The notes beneath the pieces are model-generated. The model was not told where the DNA came from, did no database searches, and saw only the letters and a program-made list of their open reading frames with translations. This document shows positions 1 to 8,396 of a stretch of 64,000 bases of DNA, one piece after another. The DNA comes from an uncultured delta proteobacterium. GTDB taxonomy: Bacteria > Myxococcota > Myxococcia > Myxococcales > Anaeromyxobacteraceae. Each line of letters starts with the position of its first letter. The stretch's first letter is position 1. The position numbers and the translations under genes were made by a program. The DNA is taken from NCBI GenBank assembly GCA_963814585.1, contig CAWFDF010000008.1:1-64000 (forward strand), given 5' to 3'.

Positions 1-180
1 CTTCGGGTCACGCGACCATCCGGATGTCGCGGCGATTGGTCGCGCCGGGCGGTCCCGGTCGGCCCCTGCCGGGGCCCTGGACGAGGCGGACCACCAGGTC
101 CCGGAGCGGCCGCCGCAGCCCTCGACCGGGGCCCGAGAGGGGACGCCCTGCGCCGGGTCGTCTGCTAGACTCGCGGGTTC

Positions 181-2508
181 ATGCCCGGTCCTGTCGCTTC
201 CCCGGCCGCCACCATCTCGCGCCGCTCGATGGTGGTGATCGCAGCGGCCCTGGGTGCGCTGGTCGTCGCGCTCTATCCGGGAATCGTCCTCGGTGGCGGA
301 ACCTTCGCGCTGCGCGACCACGCCACGCTGACGATCCCGTTCCACGCCTTCATCCGCGAGTCGCTCCTCGCAGGCCGCCTCCCGCAGTGGTGGGACCGGG
401 TCGGCGTCGGGATCCCTTTCGCTGCCAACCCGGTCTTCCAGGCGCTGTCCCCGGTCACCTGGATCTTCTCGCTGCTCCCGCAGCCGCTCGGCGCCAACCT
501 GGAGCCGCTCTGGTACCTGTGGGTCTTCGGGATGGGGACGGCGCTCCTGTCCAGCCGCCTCGGGGCGAGCCCCGCGGGCGCGGCCCTGGCCGGCGCGCTC
601 GCGGAGGGCAGCGGCTACCTCTCCTCGCTGGTCGTGAACGGCAACATGCCGCACGTGGCCTGGATGCCGTGGGTCGCCTGGTCGGCGGATCGACTGGCCA
701 CCGCGACCGGGCCCCGGCTGGGCAGGCCGACGCTGCTGCTCGGCGTCTTCTCGGCCGGCCAGATGCTCGGCCCGGAGCCGGGGAACGCCATCACCACGAT
801 GCTCCTGGCCGCGGTCATCGTCCTGGTGCGCGCGCCCGACAGGCGGCCACGCCGCCTCGCCTTCCTCGCCGGGGCGGTCGGCCTCTCGACGGCCCTCGCC
901 GCCGTCGTCCTGGTCCCCGCCTTCCACTTTCGGGCCTTCACCAGCCGGGCAGGAGGGATCTCCTTCGAGAGCGCCGCCAGCTGGTCGCTCCACCCGCTGC
1001 GGCTGCTGGAGCTCGCCTGGCCGGGGCTGCTCGGCGACCGCGCGACGATGAGGCACGACCTGGGCTGGCTCCTCGTCCCGGACGCCACCACCACCCCGGG
1101 GTTCTCGTGGTCCTTCAGCGTCTTCGTCGGCGCGCCTGCGCTGGTCCTGGCCGCCTTCGGTGCCGCGGCGAGGCGGGAGCGAGCGCTCCTGGCCGCGTCG
1201 CTCGCGTTCCTCGTGCTCTCGCTGGGGGCGTCGACCCCGCTGTTCGGATTCTTCCGCTCGCTGTTCCCGCCGGAGCGGTTCATGCGCTATCCGGAGAAGC
1301 ACGTCCTCGGGACGTTGCTGCTCGTCTGGGCGCTCGCGGGGGTCGGCTGGACACGGCTGGCGGCCGGCGGCTCCAGACGGCTCGTCGTCGTACTCGCGGC
1401 TGCCCTCGGGCTGCTCGGAGCATCGGTCGGGGCCCTGGCGCTCTCGGCGCCGACCCTGGCCACCGTGCTGGAGGGAATGGTCGCTTCCGCGCAGCTGACC
1501 TTCGTCCTGGTGCCCGCCGGGGCGCTCGCCCACGTCCTCCGTGGGGGCGTGGTCGCGGTGGCTTCCCTGGCTCTCGTGGCAATCGGTGCGGAGCTCGCCC
1601 GGCGCCGGGTCCACGCAGGGCTCGGTGCGGCGCTGGCCGGCCTGGCCATGGTCGGCGCCTCCGGATGGGACGTCCGGGCGATCACGCCGCACTGGGTCCG
1701 GCCTTCGAGCCCGCCGGCCCTCCTCGCCCCGGTCGAGCCCGGAGCCCCGGCTCTTCCGCTTCCCGGGGACCAACCTGGACGGGCTGGCCGGGGCCGACTA
1801 CGCGGATCGGGCGTACCAGACGGCGGCGGACAGCACCGGGGCGTCCTTCGGCGTCACCGTCCTCCCGGGATTCGATCCGTCCCAGGGAAGGCGGTCTCCT
1901 CCTTCTGGGACAAGGCGTTCCCCACCATGACGCCCAGCTCGGTCTCGGTGCTCTTCGGCGCGCCGTGGGCAATCTTCAGCGACTTCACCCTGCCTGGCGC
2001 GCCTTCCGGCGAGGAGATCGCGAGGTCGAGCGGCTTCAGGCTGGTCCGCTGGCCGTGGGTGCGCCCGCGGGCCTTCGTGGCGTCGCAGTGGGTCTCGGTG
2101 GCGTCCGAGCGCGTCGCGCTCGACGCCCTGAGCCGGTGGAACCGGGACCCCGCGGTCGTGGCGGTCCAGGGGAGCAGCCCGTTCCTGCACCCCGGGCCCC
2201 TACGTCCGTGCCAGGTCGAGTCGCCGTGGCCGGAGCGCGTCGAGCTGTCCTGCGAGTCGGGCGGCGGCTTCGCCGTGCTGCTCGACACCTTCGCGGAGGG
2301 CTGGACCGCCACCGTCGACGACCTCCCGGCATCGATGGTGTGCGCGGACGGCCTCTTCAGGGCGGTGGCGCTTGGCCCCGGCGCCCACCGCGTGGTCTTC
2401 AGCTACCGGACGCCTGGACTCCAGGTGGGGTTCTGGATCACCGCCTCCACGGTGCTGGCGCTGGTCGCGCTCTGGTGGCTCTCGCGGGAGCGCCGCTCGC
2501 TCGCGTGA
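181..2508 (+). CDS. YfhO-family (GT-C-like) multi-pass membrane protein; probable pair of compensating frameshifts at ~1735-1890
   Basis: Many TM segments. N-terminal 'GRLPQWWDRVGVGIPFAANP' and C-terminal 'VLLDTFAEGWTATVD...LFRAVALGPGAHRVVFSYRTPG' match YfhO-type termini. Confidence 0.75.
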   Translation: MPGPVASPAATISRRSMVVIAAALGALVVALYPGIVLGGGTFALRDHATLTIPFHAFIRESLLAGRLPQWWDRVGVGIPFAANPVFQALSPVTWIFSLLPQPLGANLEPLWYLWVFGMGTALLSSRLGASPAGAALAGALAEGSGYLSSLVVNGNMPHVAWMPWVAWSADRLATATGPRLGRPTLLLGVFSAGQMLGPEPGNAITTMLLAAVIVLVRAPDRRPRRLAFLAGAVGLSTALAAVVLVPAFHFRAFTSRAGGISFESAASWSLHPLRLLELAWPGLLGDRATMRHDLGWLLVPDATTTPGFSWSFSVFVGAPALVLAAFGAAARRERALLAASLAFLVLSLGASTPLFGFFRSLFPPERFMRYPEKHVLGTLLLVWALAGVGWTRLAAGGSRRLVVVLAAALGLLGASVGALALSAPTLATVLEGMVASAQLTFVLVPAGALAHVLRGGVVAVASLALVAIGAELARRRVHAGLGAALAGLAMVGASGWDVRAITPHWVRPSSPPALLAPVEPGAPALPLPGDQPGRAGRGRLRGSGVPDGGGQHRGVLRRHRPPGIRSVPGKAVSSFWDKAFPTMTPSSVSVLFGAPWAIFSDFTLPGAPSGEEIARSSGFRLVRWPWVRPRAFVASQWVSVASERVALDALSRWNRDPAVVAVQGSSPFLHPGPLRPCQVESPWPERVELSCESGGGFAVLLDTFAEGWTATVDDLPASMVCADGLFRAVALGPGAHRVVFSYRTPGLQVGFWITASTVLALVALWWLSRERRSLA

Positions 2509-2660
2509 AGGCGGCGACCCGGGCGGAGGTGTGCGCGCGCGGCGGCGTGCTAGGTTTCCGGGGAGGCACGAGTCCGTGGCGGGAAGGGACTCCTGGCCGG
2601 GGCCCCGGGCAGGTTGATGCCGCACCCGAGGTCCACACGTCCTGGCTCCCTGGAGCGCAC

Positions 2661-5332
2661 TTGTCCCCACCGGCGTCCCCCACAGTCCAGACGGCGCCCA
2701 CGCCGATGATGCGGCAGTACCTCGAGCTGAAGGCGAGGTACCCGGACACCATCCTCTTCTTCCGCCTCGGCGACTTCTACGAGATGTTCTTCGAGGACGC
2801 CGTGACGGCGTCGCAGGCGCTGCAGATCACGCTCACCGCCCGCTCCAAGGGGGACGACAAGGTCCCCATGTGCGGCGTGCCCTACCACGCTGCCCGCGGC
2901 CACGTGGCTAGGCTGCTGGCGCAAGGGTTCAAGGTCGCCATCTGCGACCAGGTCGAGGAGCCCGGCAAGGGCTCGCTGGTGAAGCGCGACGTGACGAGGG
3001 TCATCACGCCGGGCACGGTCTTCGACGACCAGACCATCGAGCCCGGGGAGACCGTCTGCCTCGCCGCGGTCACCTTCGGGGAGGGCGCGCTGGGCCTGGC
3101 CCTGCTGGAGACCACCACCGGCCAGCTGCGCTGCGGAGAGGTCGAGTCGGAGGCGCGCCTCGTCGACGAGCTGCGCCGGGCCGGGGCGCGCGAGCTGCTC
3201 TTCCCGCGCGCCGCGCCCCCGGAGCGGATCAGGGCGGTGGCGGCGGCGGCCGGGGCGCCGCACGTGCTCCGCGACGATGCCGAGTTCGATCGCGGCGAGG
3301 AGCGCCTGCAGCGCCACCTCGGCGTCTCCACCCTCGACGGCTTCGGGGTCGCCGGCCTGCGGCTCGGGCTCGGTGCGGCGGCGGCAGCGCTCGCCTACCT
3401 CGCCGAGACCCAGCGCACGCCGGCCAGCCACGTGGACCGGGTCTCGAGGCTGGCCACCGAGGGGCTGCTGCTCGTCGACGAGTCCACCCGGGCCAACCTC
3501 GAGATCGAGCGGACGCTGCAGGGGGGAAGGAGGAAGGGGACGCTGCTGGCCCAGCTGGACCGGACGGCGACCGCCTCCGGCGCGCGGCTCCTGGCCGAGT
3601 GGCTGCGCTACCCGCTGGCCGAGGTGGCGCCCATCCAGGCTCGGCTCGACGCGGTGGAGGAGCTCTTCGGCTCGGCGGTGGTGCGAGGCGACCTGGCGCG
3701 GGCGCTCAGGCCGGTGGCCGACGTGGAGCGGCTGGTCACCCGCCTCACCCTGCGGCAGGGGAACGCCCGGGATCTCCGGGCGCTCTGCGGCGCCCTGCTG
3801 GCGCTCCCGGCGCTGGCCGAGCTGCTGGCGGCGCGCACCGCGCCGCTGCTCCAGGGGGCCGCGGCCGGGCTGGGCGGGCTGGAGGAGCTGGCCGCCGAGC
3901 TCGACGCCGCCGTGGCCGAGGAGCCGCCCGCCGCTCACCGACGGTGGCCTGATCCGGGTCGGCCACTCGCCCGAGCTGGACGAGCTCATCGCCATCTCCG
4001 AGGACGGCAAGGGATACCTGCTCCGGCTGGAGGCCAGGGAGAAGGAGCGCACCGGGATCGGCTCGCTCAAGGTCCGCTACAACAAGGTCTTCGGCTACTT
4101 CATCGAGATCACCAGGGCCAACCTCCACGCCGTGCCCGCGGACTACCAGCGGCGCCAGACCACCGTGGGGGGCGAGCGGTTCGTGACCGAGGAGCTGAAG
4201 GGGTTGCGAGGAGAAGGTGCTGACCGCCGAGGAGCGGCGCGGCGCCCTGGAGCAGAGGCTCTTCGAGGCGCTGCGGCAGCGGGTGGTGACGGAGGGACCT
4301 CGGCTGCGAACCGCGGCGCAGGCGGTGGCGCTGGTCGACGTGCTGCGCACCTTCGCCGAGGTGGCGTCGGAGCAGGGGTACGCCCGCCCCGAGGTGGACG
4401 ACTCGGAGACCTCTGGAGCTGGTGGACGCCCGCCACCCGGTGGTGGAGGCGATGCTGACCCGGACCGAGCGGCTTCGTCCCCAACGACCTGGCGGTCAGC
4501 TCCTCGGGCGAGCCGGCGTCGACGCGCCACGGATCGCTGCTGATCATCACCGGGCCCAACATGGCGGGCAAGAGCACCATCATGCGACAGGCGGCGCTGA
4601 TCACGCTGCTGGCGCAGGTGGGCTGCTTCGTCCCGGCGCGGCGGGCCCGCATCGGCCTGTGCCGACCGGATCTTCACCCGGGTGGGCGCCTCCGACGACC
4701 TGGCCCGCGGCCGCTCCACCTTCATGGTGGAGATGACCGAGACGGCCGCCATCCTCCACAACGCCACCCGCCGTTCGCTGGTGGTGCTCGACGAGATCGG
4801 CCGCGGCACCTCCACCTTCGACGGGGTCTCCATCGCCTGGGCGGTGGCGGAGCACCTCCACGACCGGATCGGCTGCCGGACGCTGTTCGCCACCCACTAC
4901 CACGAGCTGCAGGAGCTCGACCGCGAGCGGCCCAGGGTGAAGAACCTCTCCATCTCGGTGCGGGAGGTGGGCGACCAGGTGGTCTTCCTGCGCAAGCTCG
5001 TGGCCGGCGGCGCCTCGCGCAGCTACGGCATCGAGGTGGCCAGGCTGGCCGGGCTCCCGGCCGGGGTGCTGGCCCGGGCGCGGGAGGTCCTGAAGAACCT
5101 CGAGGCGATGGAGCTGGACGAGGCGGGCCACCCGCAGCTGGCCCACGGGCGCCAGGGGAGGGGGCGGGCGCCGTCCCGCGACGCGGCGAACCAGCTCGGG
5201 CTCTTCGCGGCGCCGCCGGACCCGGCGCTGGCGGCGCTGCGCGAGGACCTGCTGGCGCTCGACATGGACGCGCTCCGGCCGCTCGACGCGCTCAACCTTC
5301 TGGCCGGGTGGAGGAAGAGGCTGGGGCGCTGA
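2661..5332 (+). CDS. mutS: DNA mismatch repair protein MutS, interrupted by five +1 frameshifts (~3930, 4205, 4410, 4470, 4662)
   Basis: [36 protein letters not shown] (P-loop), [35 protein letters not shown] and [13 protein letters not shown] are found in successive frames. TTG start at 2661 follows GGAG; an alternative ATG lies at 2706. Confidence 0.95.
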
Positions 5333-5409
5333 CGGGGGCGATCCGGCGGGAAGTAGAAAGAGGCCGGTTCCCGGCCCCTCGGTGCGTCAAGCGGCTCGAG
5401 CCGGCGCGA

Positions 5410-5700
5410 CTACTTCTTGTGGCAGTCCGCGCACTTGGTCGGGCCCTTCTTCTCGGTCTCGTGGCACTTCTTGCAGAGGGCGTGAGCCTTGTCCTTGTTG
5501 AAGCCCTCGATCTTGCCGCCCTTGGCGTCGGCATGGCAGGCCTTGCAGTCGCCCTTCAGCCGCTCGGCGTGAGTCTTGTGGGCGAAGGTGACCTTGCCCT
5601 GCTTGGCGTCGAAGGTGATGGTGGCGGGGGCCTCGGCGGCGACGGCCACGCCAGCGGAGAAGACGAGAGCGGCGACGATACCAGCGAAGATCTTGTTCAC
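5410..5700 (-). CDS. Periplasmic triheme cytochrome c7 (PpcA family)
   Basis: GTG start after AGGAG, signal peptide, three CXXCH motifs (CKACH, CKKCH, CADCH), '[10 protein letters not shown]' and C-terminal '[11 protein letters not shown]'. Confidence 0.9.
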   Translation of the reverse strand: MNKIFAGIVAALVFSAGVAVAAEAPATITFDAKQGKVTFAHKTHAERLKGDCKACHADAKGGKIEGFNKDKAHALCKKCHETEKKGPTKCADCHKK

Positions 5701-5870
5701 TTTTCCTGCTCCTGGGAACCTGGGGCGGACCAGCCCGCCCGGTTGGTGGGACGGCGGATGGTAGCCAATATTCACCCGAAGGCCAGCAAAGAGTGACGGA
5801 ATGTCGCGGACTTGAGACGCAGTCGCGATAGCGCCAGCCGGAGTCCGTGGCCAGCAGTCCGGTCCCGCTC

Positions 5871-6536
5871 TCAGGCCATCTCCAGCACCGCCCCCACCAG
5901 CCTGTCGATCCCGGCCGCCACCGGGGCAATCCACGGTCCCAGCATGTAGGCCGGGGTGGTGACCAGCTTGAGCCGCTGATCCACCACGACCTGGTCGACG
6001 GCGCAGTCGACGTGCTCGGCCCCCCAGGACCTGATGTGGCCGGCCGTGCCCGGGTCCATCCCGATGGTCACCTTGACGTGGTCGGTGCCGAAGAGCCGGG
6101 CGGCGATCACCGGGGCGATGCAGATGAAGCCCATGGGCTTCTTCGCCGCGCGCATGGCCCGCACCAGCCGCTCCACCTCCGGGTCCACCTTCATGGCCGC
6201 GCCGTCGAAGGCGTAGCTGCAGAGGTTCTTGGCCGCGCCGAACCCGCCCGGCAGGATGAGCGCGTCGAGCTCGTCCGCCTTCACCTGGCCCAGCGGCTTG
6301 ATCTGGCCGCGGACGATCCGGGCCGCTTCCTGCAGCACGTTGCGGGATGCGCCGGCCTGCGGCTGCTGGGCGGCGTGATCGACGACGTGGTGCTGAGGCT
6401 GGTCGGGCGCCATGGCCACCAGCGTCGCGCCTCGCCGATCCAGGGAGAGGAGGGTGCAGACCGCCTCCTGGATCTCGGCGCCGTCGAGGAACCCACAGCC
6501 GGAAAGGAGCACACCCACCCGCTTGCCGTTTGCCAT
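5871..6536 (-). CDS. elbB: Glyoxalase ElbB (DJ-1/PfpI, ES1 family)
   Basis: LSGCGFLDGAEIQE, LPGGFGAAKNL, GFICIAP and TTPAYM motifs. Confidence 0.9.
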   Translation of the reverse strand: MANGKRVGVLLSGCGFLDGAEIQEAVCTLLSLDRRGATLVAMAPDQPQHHVVDHAAQQPQAGASRNVLQEAARIVRGQIKPLGQVKADELDALILPGGFGAAKNLCSYAFDGAAMKVDPEVERLVRAMRAAKKPMGFICIAPVIAARLFGTDHVKVTIGMDPGTAGHIRSWGAEHVDCAVDQVVVDQRLKLVTTPAYMLGPWIAPVAAGIDRLVGAVLEMA

Positions 6537-6619
6537 GTCGGACCTCCTCAGGGACCCCGATGATACCGCCGCCGCCGAAAAGTGGACTGTGATATCGGCC
6601 GGGGGGACAGTCGACTGGA

Positions 6620-8359
6620 ATGGGTGCCGTCCTCCCCCTGCTCCTCTCGGTCCTGCTGGCCGCGCCCGCGGCGCCGGCCTCGAGGCCCCCGCGGCGCCCG
6701 CCGGCGCCCAGCGCCGGCTTCGAGGCGGCCCGCTCGCAGATGAAGGCGCTGATGCGCGACCCGGTGAAGCGGCGCTACCACCACCACTGGGAGAAGGCCA
6801 TCAAGGCGCTGCTGGCCTCGGCCAAGGGCCGGGACGCACCGGCGGCCACGCTGGAGGCGGCTCGGGCCCGCTACGCCCTCTACCGCTGGTCCGCCAACGA
6901 GGCCGACCGCGACGCCGCGCTCCGACTGGCCAGGCGGGCCGAGAAGCTGGGGGCCCGCGACGCCGCGCGCTTCGCCGCCGCCATCCGGCGGGAGGCCGGT
7001 GACGATCACCCGGTCCCGCCGCCCCGCAAGGGGAAGCCGTCGCTGGCCAGATCGCCGTCCAAGGCGGCCACGAGCTCCCGGGTCACGGCCTCGCCGCCGC
7101 CCGCGCCCCCCCCACAGGACCTGGAGCCGGAGACCGATCCCGAGCTGGAGGCCGCCGTGGCCGACCTGAGGGCGCCGCCGGAGCTGCGCCTCGGCCAGGC
7201 CAACGGCGCGGGCACGGCCAGCATCGGCGAGGTGAAGGCCTGGGCCGGCGAGGACTACACGCGCGTCGCCATCTCCCTCGACCACTGGGTCGGCTGGCAG
7301 AAGCTCGAGCTGCCGGCGGTGGGCGGGGCGCCGAGGCGGCTGGCGCTCGACTTCCGCCCGGCCCGGCTGGACGGGGTGGCGCAGGCCCGCAGCGTGGCCG
7401 GGGACCAGATCGACCGGGTGCGGACGGCCCAGCACGACGCCGAGACGGTCCGCGTGGTGCTCGACCTGCCGGGGCGCGATGACGTCCGCTTCCACCGGCT
7501 GGACGACCCCCCCCGGCTCATCGTCGACGTCGGCACTCGGCTGGCCGAGCGCGAGGCCCGTGGCTCCTCGAGGGGTTCGCCGGCGGCGAAAGGCCCCGGC
7601 GGCATCACCGCGTCCGTGGCCGGGGAGGGGGAGGGGGACGGCCCCGGCCGGCCCATCCGCCGGGTCGTGGTCGACCCCGGCCACGGCGGCATCGATCCCG
7701 GCGCCATCGGCCCGACCGGCGTGCGCGAGAAGGACGTGACGCTGGGCATCTCCAGGCGGCTGGCGCAGCGACTGCGGAAGGCGGGATTCGAGGTGGTCAT
7801 GACCCGCGACGACGATCGGTACGTCGCGCTGGAGGAGCGGACCGCCATCGCCAACGCCCGGCGGGGCGATCTGTTCGTCTCCATCCACGCCAACGCCAAT
7901 CCGCGCCGCAGCCTGGCCGGCGTCGAGTCCTGGGTCCTCAACGTGGCCGACGATCGCTACGCCGCCCGCCTGGCGGCCCGGGAGAACGGCGTCAACCCCG
8001 ACCAGGAGTCCGCCGCCGACGCCCGCCGCATCCTGACCGATCTCGATGCCCGCTCCGCCACCGACGCCAGCCGGCGCCTGGCCCAGCAGGTGCAGCGGGA
8101 GATCACCAGCTCGGTCCGGGAGCGGATGGGCGACGTCCAGGACCTCGGGGTCAAGGCCGCGCTCTTCCACGTCCTGGTGGGCGCCCGCATGCCCGCCGTG
8201 CTGGTGGAGACCGCCTTCATCTCCAACCGTCGCGAGGAGCTACGCCTGGCGTCGGCCCGTTACCAGGACGAGGTGGCCGGGGCCGTGGCCCGGGCGGTGA
8301 TCGGCTTCGCCGCCCAGCAAGACCCACGGCTGGCGCAGGGGAACGCGCCCGCTCGCTGA
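6620..8359 (+). CDS. amiC: N-acetylmuramoyl-L-alanine amidase (AMIN + Amidase_3)
   Basis: Signal peptide, AMIN-like 'VRVVLDL...PPRLIVDV', and catalytic VVVDPGHGGIDPGA, EKDVTL, FVSIHAN, LVETAFISN. Confidence 0.9.
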   Translation: MGAVLPLLLSVLLAAPAAPASRPPRRPPAPSAGFEAARSQMKALMRDPVKRRYHHHWEKAIKALLASAKGRDAPAATLEAARARYALYRWSANEADRDAALRLARRAEKLGARDAARFAAAIRREAGDDHPVPPPRKGKPSLARSPSKAATSSRVTASPPPAPPPQDLEPETDPELEAAVADLRAPPELRLGQANGAGTASIGEVKAWAGEDYTRVAISLDHWVGWQKLELPAVGGAPRRLALDFRPARLDGVAQARSVAGDQIDRVRTAQHDAETVRVVLDLPGRDDVRFHRLDDPPRLIVDVGTRLAEREARGSSRGSPAAKGPGGITASVAGEGEGDGPGRPIRRVVVDPGHGGIDPGAIGPTGVREKDVTLGISRRLAQRLRKAGFEVVMTRDDDRYVALEERTAIANARRGDLFVSIHANANPRRSLAGVESWVLNVADDRYAARLAARENGVNPDQESAADARRILTDLDARSATDASRRLAQQVQREITSSVRERMGDVQDLGVKAALFHVLVGARMPAVLVETAFISNRREELRLASARYQDEVAGAVARAVIGFAAQQDPRLAQGNAPAR

Positions 8360-8396
8360 GCGCGCCGTCGTCCACCCGGGTTATATCGAGCTGGAG

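Noticed and set aside
24..2660. 880-aa N-terminal extension of MutS in ORF 24..4223
   Set aside because: Arg/Pro/Gly-rich shadow frame overlapping the YfhO-like gene. Stop codons are rare at this GC content.
3920..4690. Programmed ribosomal frameshifting or phase variation in mutS
   Set aside because: Five shifts with no slippery heptamers or long homopolymer tracts are implausible as regulation.
5701..5870. c-di-GMP/cGAMP (GEMM-I) riboswitch upstream of the c7 cytochrome
   Set aside because: No GNRA tetraloop/receptor or GCAAA/ACGCAAA-type consensus is visible on the minus strand.
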